This document shows, piece by piece, positions 12,630 through 22,270 of a stretch of 60,661 nucleotides of DNA; position 1 is the first letter of the stretch, and every line of letters starts with the position of its first letter. The stretch spans positions 3,540,614-3,601,274 of the forward strand of contig NC_068994.1 in assembly GCF_001194135.2 (NCBI RefSeq), written 5' to 3'. The notes under the pieces are model-generated. The model had not been told where the DNA came from. It searched no databases and saw only the letters and a list, made by a program, of their open reading frames with translations. Both the position numbers and the translations under genes were made by a program. Source of the stretch: Octopus bimaculoides. Taxonomy: Eukaryota.

Positions 12630-12742
12630 TATATACACTTTATTAAAAAGCAGCAGAAATATCACAAAAACTGTTACTCAGAGTTTCACGTTTCCGTTTG
12701 TCAGACAGTTTTGTTTAGAAACAAAACAAAACTGTCTGACGA
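12630..12742 (-). mobile_element. Penelope-like element terminal-repeat relic
   Basis: On the - strand a hammerhead motif is followed by AATAAA. A 17-bp perfect inverted partial copy (12700-12716 / 12724-12740) matches typical Penelope pLTR organisation. Confidence 0.6.
12665..12713 (-). ncRNA. Minimal type-I hammerhead ribozyme motif (G8A variant)
   Basis: Minus strand reads CAAAACUGU-CUGACAA-ACG GAAA CGU-GAA-ACUC U GAGU-A-ACAGUUUU: 8-bp stem I, 3-bp stem II with GAAA loop, 4-bp stem III with 1-nt loop, GUA cleavage triplet. Confidence 0.7.
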
Positions 12743-12784
12743 TGAGAAAACCTGGATGCAGTGACTCAATTTGCAAGAAATTGC

Positions 12785-13336
12785 AACAAAATTTCCCTTA
12801 AATAACATCGTGAAAAAAGGAAGGACACATTGAAATAAGTAGTCCTAGGTACACTATTCTTGAAAATAAGATGGGGTAATGATGGCTGAGATGCATTTGA
12901 TCCTAATTTTGCTCAACCAAGGATGACCTAGGGCTGGAAACAACAACAACAACACTAATACCACCAGGACCCATTAACGGAACATCAACATTGTTCCTGG
13001 AACTGCTAGAAATAGCAGCCAAATTTCTTTAAATCACATCTTGGCAAAGGGCACATTAGAGAATGTGGTCCTGTTTGGAATGTCTATGATGTTAGGTCTA
13101 CTTGATCACAGCTGAGCTGGGGTCACACAACAACACTATACCCCCAACACCAACAATGAAAGGGTCTGTATGTGGTTACTGAACCAGTCAGAGCTTCCTT
13201 AAATTATAAATTCCTTTAAAACAAAAAAGATAATGAAATCAGAGATATACATTTAGATAGGGTGGTCATGAATGGACCATCTTTGATCATAGGTCTGGTG
13301 TATTAGCGCTGGCATAGAGCTAAATAACAACAACAG
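12785..13336 (+). repeat. Three head-to-tail copies of (AAC)n-tailed element F
   Basis: Units at about 12785-12953, 12967-13134 and 13153-13336 share AAGGACACATT...TTTGATCA...GGGCTAAACAACAAC motifs. The middle unit has CTGCTAGAAATAGCAGCCAAAT. Confidence 0.65.
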
Positions 13337-13605
13337 AGTCCTTCAGTGTAAAATCAAGGGAGAAAAACAAAACATTTCATTTTATTTCATTTTAAAAGAA
13401 ATGAAAATTATTTCAAATATAAAAATTGTTCAGGAAAATGTTTTTAAAATCAATCCTGAGATGGTCAATAAAATATAATAATTGATCATGATTAGTTATT
13501 GCATGATAAATTACACAACAGGACTCCATTACTGGTGCTTATTAATCCCATAGGGATCAAGTGCCAAGTCTTTGTTGGAATACTGTGAATAGCTACAGTT
13601 GTTTA

Positions 13606-13920
13606 TACTGTCCTTTCTACCAAGTGGTAGAGACATTTGTGTCTGCTATAGTGTCCTCTCTACCAACTGGTAGAGACATTTGTATCTGCTGTACTGTCCT
13701 TTCTACCAACTGGTAGACATATTTGCTTGATGTCTTGCTATTTCTGCCTGAAATGAGAAATATTTGGGTATTATGTACTGTCCTATCTACCAACAGGCAG
13801 CTGTATTTGTTATATTGCCATCTTATACCAACAGACAGCTTTGTGTCTATTTTACTGCAATTAGCAATAGGTAGATTATTTTTGTGGTGTGTGTCCATTC
13901 TACCAGCTGGCAGAAGATAT
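13606..13920. repeat. 43-bp tandem repeat with internal palindrome (3 good copies plus about 3 degenerate)
   Basis: Unit TA(C/G)TGTCCT(T/C)TCTACCAA(G/C)TGGTAGAGACATTTGT(G/A)TCTGCT(A/G) at 13606, 13649 and 13692, with decayed copies near 13776, 13816 and 13892. Confidence 0.8.
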
Positions 13921-13962
13921 AATATTTACCCAACAGTTGTATCTGCCATCATTCTTTTGGCG

Positions 13963-14649
13963 TTAGTCAGATTTACCAACAAGGATTCCTAAAGACACTG
14001 GTTCCCCGAGACATTTTACCTGTAGATAAGTTAAGGGCAAACAGTGTTTCTTTAAATGGACTTTGAACAAGAAGGCACTAGGGAAGGACTTGTCACAGAA
14101 TTGACATTTGCACCTCTTTGCTGCGGCGTCTACAGATTGGGGATTATTATTGGTTTTTTCATCGTCAGGACTTTCATCATCAAAATTTTCATTGTCAGGA
14201 TTTTCATCATCATCATCAGTTTTACCACCATCAAGTTGCTCAACATCAGTAGCCATGATTGGTTCTTCTTCTTCAACAGACATCACGGAATGTTCCACCA
14301 TAGGGTCCAAATCACTAACAGAATTCGTTTTTAATGGTTCAATACCAGTGTCATCTTCAACAACCCCTTTTTCGGTGCCAGTTTGCTCACTTTCTTCCTG
14401 TCCGTTCTTCTCCAGAGGATATTTTGAACAAAAATATTTGACGGCTGTTGAAGAGTTGGTATGAGTTTTGATGTGTTCCCAGAAATCCGTTTTGTTTGAA
14501 TAAGAAGAAAAACAGAAATTACATTCATACTTGGTGACAGGATGAGTACTCAGGTGTAGTTTCCATTCATGAAAGTCTTCAAAATTTAAGTTGCAAGCTT
14601 GACACATATAAGTTTTAGTAGAGTCTTCAAGATTATCAGGACTTTCCAT
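13963..14649 (-). CDS. C2H2 zinc-finger ORF with acidic linker (possibly first coding exon, 14649-14020)
   Basis: 228-aa ORF with three C2H2 fingers (CQAC..HLSTH, CNFC..HIKTH, CQFC..HLKKH) and a D/E-rich spacer. There is an acceptor at 14657 and an in-frame TAA just before the ATG. A phase-0 donor CAG|GTAAAA lies at 14020. Confidence 0.85.
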   Translation of the reverse strand: MESPDNLEDSTKTYMCQACNLNFEDFHEWKLHLSTHPVTKYECNFCFSSYSNKTDFWEHIKTHTNSSTAVKYFCSKYPLEKNGQEESEQTGTEKGVVEDDTGIEPLKTNSVSDLDPMVEHSVMSVEEEEPIMATDVEQLDGGKTDDDDENPDNENFDDESPDDEKTNNNPQSVDAAAKRCKCQFCDKSFPSAFLFKVHLKKHCLPLTYLQVKCLGEPVSLGILVGKSD

Positions 14650-15369
14650 TCTTTATCTGACAAGACTGCCAATCAATGAATCAAATATTTCAAACGGGAC
14701 AAGAACAAATAAACTGAGGGTTGGGATACAATTCCCTTCAGGCAGCAGAAGAGTTGATTTTCAAAACACAAATGGTAAATCAAATACAAATTTATTATTA
14801 TTCAAAAGCTATTACATACTAATTAGCAGGGATCCTGAATGTTGGCGACAAGTCTCCTCACATCTTAAAAAGCTTTTCTTAAGATTCACACAGGATGAAA
14901 CTTTTTTGCAGGTTGACAATGTGTGTAGCCAATTCTAGTATACTTCAGTCTTTTAGGTAACAGTCAGGGTATTGTACCAAGTGCACCAAAGTTATTATTA
15001 TTATTATTATTATTATTTGTACGAGTTCCAGTAATTATACAGTAGTGGAAAGCAATGCTCTTTTTTTTAGAATATTAGAAATATCTTCCATTAGTTATAT
15101 TAAAACATTGGTTTCATTTACTATGTATGTTCTTAGATAACTTCAGCTGTAGAGAAATTGCTTGCAACATTTATTTTCAACACACTTCAGAAATTAAAAG
15201 TGTACAAGGCTGATATTTCAGTAAAAGATTCGGTTGGATTCGATTTCCAGACAATCCCCGTGGCATGACATGGTTTCTAATTCTTCAGTTTTCCAAGAAA
15301 GGGAAGCACTGGTAGTAAATTTGGTGCAGTACCATATGGCAGCAGAAAATAATTACCTGGAAATATAAA

Positions 15370-15405
<36 letters not shown>

Positions 15406-15715
15406 TTAGTAACAGAAAGGGAGGGATTTCGATTATCCCCACATGGTGAGTTGTAATATAGATAACAAATTCAAGAAAGAAAATGCACACATTTTATATA
15501 TTTTTTAATAAATTTTATATTGTTTGTCAACCAGTTAAAAATATGTAAAGTGTGTGCATTTTCCTTCTTTAATTTCTTATATNNNNNNNNNNNNNNNNNN
15601 NNNNNNNNNNNNNNNNNNNNNNNNNNNNNNNNNNNNNNNNNNNNNNNATATATATATATATATATATATATATAAATCAATTTCTAATCAGTAGACAATA
15701 CAAAGTTATTCAAGA

Positions 15716-15892
15716 GTGTGACAAGGCTGGCCTTTTGAAATACAGGTACCACTCGTTTTTGCCAGCTGAGTGGACTGGAGCAACATAAAATAAAGTGTCT
15801 GGATCAAGGACACAATGCATTATTGGGAATTGAACTCACAACCTTACGATCGTGAGCCAAATGCCTTAACCACTGAGCCACGTGCCTTCATA
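15716..15892 (-). mobile_element. tRNA-derived SINE, family E
   Basis: Minus-strand head GTGGCTCAGTGGTTAAGGCATTTGGCTCACGATCGTAAGGTTGTGAGTTCAATTCCC (A and B boxes). Other copies at 38755, 56935 and 59012. Confidence 0.75.
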
Positions 15893-15904
15893 CACGAACA
15901 CGAT

Positions 15905-16030
15905 GGAATTCTTTCAGTTTCTGTCTAGCAAATCTACTCATAAGGCTTTGGTCAGCCCAGGGCTATAGCAGAAGACACTTGCACAGAGTGCCATGCAGTC
16001 AGATGGAACCTGAGACCACATGGTTGGAAA
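15905..16030 (-). mobile_element. SINE family C fragment
   Basis: Contains TTCTTTCAGTTTC..TCTA.CAAATC.ACTCA.AAGGCTTTGGTC.GCCC.GGGCTATAG.AGAAGACACTTGC. Confidence 0.7.
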
Positions 16031-16743
16031 GGAAGCTTCTTAACCATGGTCTTCCTTTCTTCTCAACCAGATACTGCCAAAACTGAAGGAAGTACAACAA
16101 ATACTATTCCCATTACCAACAGAGATCTAGGAAACAATATTTATTCAAAGGATTATCTAAAACACAATATATTTCAAGACTGTTGTGTTATTTCCTAAGT
16201 AGGAGCCATGGAGCCATTTCGTTGATGTTGCTGACTTTCCAATATCCACCCTGTTTATATCCGACTCTTAATCTAGACATGGTGTTTCCAGTTGGTGTGA
16301 ACAACAAATTACTTGTCAGGATTAGATTTCAGGGGACATAACTCCATTACTTCAACCGTTGCAGCCCCTTGTGTAAAGGTTGTGTTACTTAACTCCAAGC
16401 CAAGTTTGATTGAGCATACTTACGGGAAGAGACCATCCAGCCTTGACCGCCTCATCTGTTAAAGAATACTAGGACTTCTATTACCTAATGTGTCCTCATT
16501 TTAAAGTATCAGTGCTATTTGAAGGAGATCTGACTGCTATTTCTAGCAGGATTCCCTTGTCGGCTCATTAGAGAATAGGCTTGAAAGACAGTTGAGGCTC
16601 ACTTTTACATTTAAAAGAGGGATGCAACTGGCCACTGGTAAATATTTCTTTACGTGAAAAAGAAAGTTTCTTGTTCACAATTTATAGATAGAGATATGTT
16701 AGTTTCCTTCCCTCCTTCCACACGTGTGTATAATATATTAGTA

Positions 16744-16824
<81 letters not shown>

Positions 16825-16864
16825 TTACAATATCACATTATTGCCCAGACTATCAGATGTTGTA

Positions 16865-17165
16865 TACACCACTGGTCATAATGCATTTCCAATTCCGTCT
16901 TAGTTGCACCATTCTTTTCCATCTTGACCCAAATCGTCTTTCCATTTCTGAGGAGGCCTTCCAAGTGGCCCTTTCCAATCTCTTAGATACCACTCGGCAT
17001 CTGCAAGGGTCCACCTGTGACTGTGAACCTTGCAACATGTCCTGGTCCAGCAGAGCTTTTGCTTTCATCTCATAATACTCTCTCCTCCGTGATCTCATTT
17101 CGAATGTGCTCCCTTAATGATATTTCTAGTAAGGATCTTTCGCTGACCCTTTGCCTATCATGATA
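16865..17165 (-). mobile_element. RTE-clade LINE 3' coding relic
   Basis: Minus-strand frames give QRVSERSLLEISLREHIRNE, GHVAR and HRWTLADAEWYLRDWKGPLGRPPQKWKDDL, matching the RTE ORF C-terminus pattern (QRAMERAMLGISLRDRIRNE / WAGHVAR / RW...EW.PR..KRP.GRP..RW.DDL). Frameshifted. Confidence 0.75.
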
Positions 17166-17320
17166 CATACAATGTGTATGTATGTTCGTTTCTCTGTTTT
17201 CCATCTGTGATTTTATTTTCGATCTTTTATGTAAATGAAGATATTTCCTCTGTCTGGCTGCTTTTCTTTCTACAAAATGAGAAGTTACATTGTGGAACTG
17301 TTATTTTAATGAGTCGTGTC

Positions 17321-17434
17321 TATTTATCACCTGACGAGATACGTCTGCACCGCTGGATACACTTGAACCCGTTGTTGAGTGTCCACCCATGAGGGATCGA
17401 TGCTAGATGTGTCGAAACAATTGTTTTGATTAAT
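17321..17434 (+). ncRNA. Type-I hammerhead ribozyme motif, Penelope type, degenerate stem I
   Basis: CUGACGA at 17331-17337; stem II GAUACGUC/GAUGUGUC (8 bp, 3 G-U) with a long loop; GAAA at 17414-17417; palindromic stem III ACAAUUGU; GUU triplet; stem I UAUUUAUCAC vs UUGAUUAAU (7 of 9 paired). AATAA follows. Confidence 0.6.
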
Positions 17435-17590
17435 AATTCATCTTCCGTCTTTCATTTGCCATATATACAAATATATATATATATATATCATCATCATCAT
17501 CATCATTTAAATCTATATTCCATGCTAGCATGATATGGATGGTTTGCCTGGATCCATTAGCTTAGAACTTCTGGGACAGCTGAAGGCACA

Positions 17591-17811
17591 TTTCTATATT
17601 AACACCCGCAAGATTTTCACTAAGAAAAAAAAAACTCGGATTTTTTGCGTGGAATCAAGTACCCTGACCTCCTAATATGCTGCAAATCTCTTATTTTGGT
17701 TCGGAAAAAGGAGGGGGCGAGCCCCCACCCCTCCTTTTTCCGAACCAAAATAAGGGTTTTTTTGTTTGTTTTTTTTTCTTATTGAAAATCGTGCAGGTGT
17801 TAATATAGAAA
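17591..17811. mobile_element. Foldback MITE with about 43-bp TIRs and an internal 27-bp perfect inverted repeat
   Basis: TTTCTATATTAACACCCGCAAGATTTTCACTAAGAAAA... versus the reverse complement of 17768-17811 shows 3 mismatches. Inner arms 17690-17716 and 17728-17754 are perfect. Confidence 0.85.
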
Positions 17812-18543
17812 CTTACCCAGCTGAAATCAACACGGTTAACGGCCTACTAATTGCAAGTTGACAGCTGCAACTCCGCTGATATAAATATTATTGATAATGT
17901 AAAGAGGAGAGGTGAGCATAACAGGAATGCATGCTTGAGTTGGAAAAAAAAAGGCCATTATAGTAGCGGAGGAGGCGACTGAGAGTGGAGATAGTAAGAC
18001 TACTATCACTGTGATATCAACTCACCACAGAGTAATTCCTATTACTGAGATCGTGTGAATAGAATTATAAATTTAAAAACAGACTACAGAAAATGGATTA
18101 ATTTAAGAAAAAAAGAAAACTTTCGCTACATAAAATTCGTCTAAATACGCAAGAGTCGTTAAGTTCGGAAAGAGCGTTATAAATAAAACGAAATATTAAA
18201 ACATAATTTAAATTATTAAACTAATGTTAAAAAAAAATCAACATTTTCAATAACGAAACTGAAAGAGCTGAATATTGAAACATCGTTTTGTAAACAAAAC
18301 AAATTAAATAAATTCATGTTTGGTAATAAAAACGATTTCAAAAGAAACATATCTGAAATATTTACTTTTTTTTTTTTTTTTNNNNNNNNNNNNNNNNNNN
18401 NNNNNNNNNNNNNNNNNNNNNNNNNNNNNNNNNNNNNNNNNNNNNNNNNNNNNNNNNNNNNNNNNNNNNNNNNNNNNNNNNNNNNNNNNNNNNNNNNNNN
18501 NNNNNNNNNNNNNNNNNNNNNNNNNNNNNNNNNNNNNNNNNNN

Positions 18544-18792
18544 GAGATTCCGATTCTGAAAAAGAATTGTTTGAAAAATTTCAATCCCTCCACCCCCACC
18601 AAGCAGGCTATTTACATGCTAGAAATAACAGCCAAATCTCACAAAACTAGTGTTAGGGTTAGGTTTAGGGTTAGGGTCAGGGTTACGGTCAGGGTTAGGT
18701 TTACCCTGTGGATCTATATAAAAACCGGGGGCGGGGGAATCGAAATTTTGAAATTGAGATTTTTGAAAAAAATTTTTCAGAATCGGAATCTC
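18544..18792. mobile_element. Inverted-repeat element carrying telomere-like (TTAGGG)n variants
   Basis: GAGATTCCGATTCTGAAAAA (18544) and TTTTTCAGAATCGGAATCTC (ends 18792) are perfect 20-bp reverse complements with imperfect extension. GTTAGGGTTAGGTTTAGGGTTAGGGTCAGGGTTACGGTCAGGGTTAGG lies at about 18652-18700. The left end abuts an N gap. Confidence 0.65.
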
Positions 18793-19548
18793 CATAGCCT
18801 AAAACGTGGGATTCCGTAAAAAAAAATAAATAATAAGGGGGGAAGTTTCAGATTACATATAGTCCATTTGGACCGAAATAAATACTTAAATTATTTTTAA
18901 AGACTTCTTCATGTCTAATAAGAATGAAAATCAACTCCAACAGTTGACTTGTACTTTAATTTATCCTTCATCGTTTGAATGAAGGGTACAATTGATTCCA
19001 ACGAGATTTAAGTTCTGAAAGGAGATATCGTAACTAAATACCGTTAGGCATTTAGTCAGATGCTCTACCCATTGTGAAAGTAAATAATAAAAAAAGATAA
19101 TTAAGCACCGTATTTATTGCGAAAAAGACTAAGTATATTGTATATTTTTAGAATGACATTGTAGGGTGGGTGTGATAGGTTCAGTCTGGTCAGTTACGAC
19201 ATAGAATATTTGAGTTGGATGTGGCCAGATTGCATCCAGATTGCTAATGGATTAAACTTGCTAAAATGATATTCAAAGTAGTTTATATGATAAGAAATAT
19301 AATTTTGTAGTGTTCGTGTTGTCATGGTGAGGATCTCATTAAAGATTTTGCAATTAAAAAAACTAGGAGAAAATTTTTCAAATATAAATATAAGTGGAAG
19401 GATACAAAAATAAACTTTATTTTCCATCTTTACTGCCAGGTTTGTTTCATATTGAAAAATAAAAAAACTATTTTATGGTTTATTATTGTTTATAGTTTGA
19501 ATTACATAAATATGGAGGTACCAAAATCTTTGAACTGCTTACGGCCTT

Positions 19549-19702
19549 CAGGGCCAGCCCTAGGGTTGCTGGTGCCCCGGGCAAGCTGAACTTCGGCATG
19601 TACAGGCTGAGGGTTGTGGAAATTCCCTTGTCTTTGTCATGCCCTCTAGCACATGGTGCCCTGGGCAACTGCCTGAATTGCCGATACTCTGAGCCAACCC
19701 TG
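19549..19702. mobile_element. hAT-type MITE
   Basis: Termini CAGGGCCAGCCCT...AGCCAACCCTG, flanked by an 8-bp TSD ACGGCCTT/AGGGCCTT (7 of 8 match). Confidence 0.7.
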
Positions 19703-20159
19703 AGGGCCTTCATGGATTTTAATCCAGCCCTGCCTTGGAACATTTAGTGTCTTTCTCAATAATGTCTCTGCTTGAGTACTTATGATGGTACGTGTGTATG
19801 TGTGTGTGTACAACAGAGAAAAGACATCGTTTTTAAGTTGTTGGTTGATGTCTAATACAACTGTTCTTTTATTTCAAATCACTTCTGATCATATAGACTT
19901 ATGATTAAAGGAGTCTAGCCATGACTTATTACATCCTTTTTTTCCTTTCAGATATATTGTGTACCAGTCTACGTTATCTAACGTACCATCTAAATTGGTA
20001 GGGAGTAGTTTATTGTACCATCTAATACGGTAAGGAGTAAATTGAGGGAGATTTAGCTCTTGCTTCTAGCAGGCTGTGCTGCAACAAAGAAACTCTTTTA
20101 TTGGCATAAACTACTATTTTATTTATGGGGAATCTAAGTTTTCCCTTAAATATCTTCCA

Positions 20160-20572
20160 CCCTTACTTTTTTGATACCCAAACACAAGATTACCCCTAGA
20201 TCTAAAATAGTAATTTTCTCTTTAAAAGGATCTAAATTAAAACTTCCCTTCAAAATTCCTCGGTAATTTGTTCCAAACACCAGCTTAATGACAAATTTAT
20301 TTTGCAAAATTCTTCCTTATTAAACTGGTGATTGGAACATAAATTAACATGAAATAAATTGGAATTAAGAGAAAGAAAAGCAGTGTATCTCAACAGAAAT
20401 ATGCGAACAAAAGGGTTAAAACAAAGCTTTCCATCAAAATTTCATGTTAATTTATGCTCTAAACACTAGCTTTAATAATAACCATGTTATTTTGCTAAAT
20501 TCTTCATTATTTTCATAATTGATTGAAACAAAGACGGCATTTCAACAGAAATCTTGTAACAAAACAGTTAAA
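20160..20572. mobile_element. Two adjacent copies of the TTAA-ended MITE family
   Basis: The first copy ends AACAAAAGGGTTAA at 20420 and the second, partial, ends AACAAAACAGTTAA near 20572. Homologous to 3170 and 7854. Confidence 0.55.
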
Positions 20573-21204
20573 CAGCAGGGCTGCCATCCATCATCAGGAA
20601 TAGATTAAAACAAAAGCGTTGAGAATTTTCCATCACTTGCCTCCATGTGATAGTCAACCTAACCTTGGAGAATGCAAAATAATTAATCCCTTCCCATCAT
20701 TATCACCATCCAGCCTCAGGCTCCACAGACAATTAATTATCAGGCAAGTTCAATAGCCTTGTGAAGAAGAAGGAGAAGTAGAAGAAAGAGAAGGAGAAGT
20801 TTGGATTCTTGGATGTGAGCTTTCCATCTATTTCTCTGCCAGAGCTTTAGTTACAAGTCACTCACTACTGCCTGAAGCTACTTGCCTAATGAAGAAATCA
20901 TTAGCGAAGTAAAGAAAGGGGAAAAAAACATCCTGAATAAAATACAGAATTTCTCTTAATTTCTTTTCCCTGTGAAATAATCTTTTAGAAAAAAGCTTCT
21001 AAAAAATACCAACATGGCTGATTGTCATTATTTTAGTGTACTTAATTAACCAGGAACGAAAAGGAAGAGGACAGAAAGGAGAAAGGAGCTGTTGTCTGAA
21101 TACTTAACTAAATCTTAATTAATTACAAGCACAGATTTTAATAAATCAACATATTTTTAATCACATAAGACGTCAGCTTTATCTACTGGTTTTCAAGTGT
21201 GATT

Positions 21205-21320
21205 ATCTTGCAGCCAATCAGCATTCTCGAAACTAATGACATCATCAAAATTAGCCAATGATAAGGGACATGTATATGAGGTCACGTTGATGGTAACAAG
21301 CACGGCAGCCATTTTCGATT
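21205..21320. promoter_or_regulatory. Possible promoter: two CCAAT boxes, CRE-like and YY1-like motifs
   Basis: AGCCAATCAG (about 21211), TGACATCA (about 21237), AGCCAATGA (about 21253), TCACGT and CAGCCATTTT (about 21306) cluster within about 110 bp. Target gene and direction unknown. Confidence 0.35.
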
Positions 21321-22062
21321 TTAATTAACTTGCCTCTCTTTCTTCCTTGCGATGACTCATGCCAACAAATACAATAGACAGACCGAGAAAATATGCTAAT
21401 ATATACACAGATTGGATTTCTCTCTTCTAAACACTTAGCCATTATGTTTCAGTCGGTCGATAATCCTGTATTGTTTTTGCTTTAGGAATGTTTATGGTTA
21501 AATATTCTTTCATTAACGCTCAGTTCGGACAGTTTTTTCATAAAACATGTCTCATCATATATTATTTTAAAGTTGAAACCAAAACTATGATTTCGTAAAC
21601 AGCTAAGCAGTCACAGGGGATAAATTCAACGAAATTTCTGGAAGACATCCATTATAATTTCATTATATACTCCCCAGACTCAATTTCGTTTCAGTGTGTG
21701 TGTGTGTCCCACGACATTATGGCATTGAATTAAATTAAGAAAAAGATGTGGCATCTTTTATTTTATTTTTTACTATTTTGGAGAAAGATATAGTATGTCC
21801 AAACAGTTAAGAAGTTATCTCCGCGACAACGAGATCTTGAGTTCGATCCCACTGCAAGACAACTTGGGCAGATGTCATTTTCTATATAGCCTTGAATTTG
21901 ACCCATGTCCTGTGAGTGAAATTGGAGAGACGGATGCTGTATAAAAGGCCGTCAGGTGGACTGTTCCTGCAATTCAAATAGTACGCACGACCTGTAATCG
22001 ACCTGCACTTTCTCTCGGATTTGCTGGCCTTGTGCCACAAATGAGAAAGAATTATTATTGTC

Positions 22063-22270
22063 TAAGGCGGCAAGCCAAATACAATCGTTAGCGCGTCGGA
22101 CAAAATGCATAGCTCTCTTTTGACTCGTTACGGTCTAAGTTCAGATTCCACCAAAGTCAACTTTACATTCCATCCTTTCAGGATCGACAAAATAAAGTAT
22201 TAGTTGAGCACTGTAGCCGATGTAATCGAATCCCCTACTCAAAATTGCTGGCTTTGTACCAAAATTTGAA
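22063..22270 (+). mobile_element. SINE family B
   Basis: AAGGCGGCAAGC...AAGTTCAGATTCCACCAAAGTCAACTTT...CATCCTTTCAGGATCGACAAAATAAAGTA. Confidence 0.7.

Noticed and set aside
13617-13898. 93-aa minus-strand ORF as a further ZNF exon
   Set aside because: It overlaps a 43-bp (non-triplet) repeat and has no finger motif or convincing acceptor.
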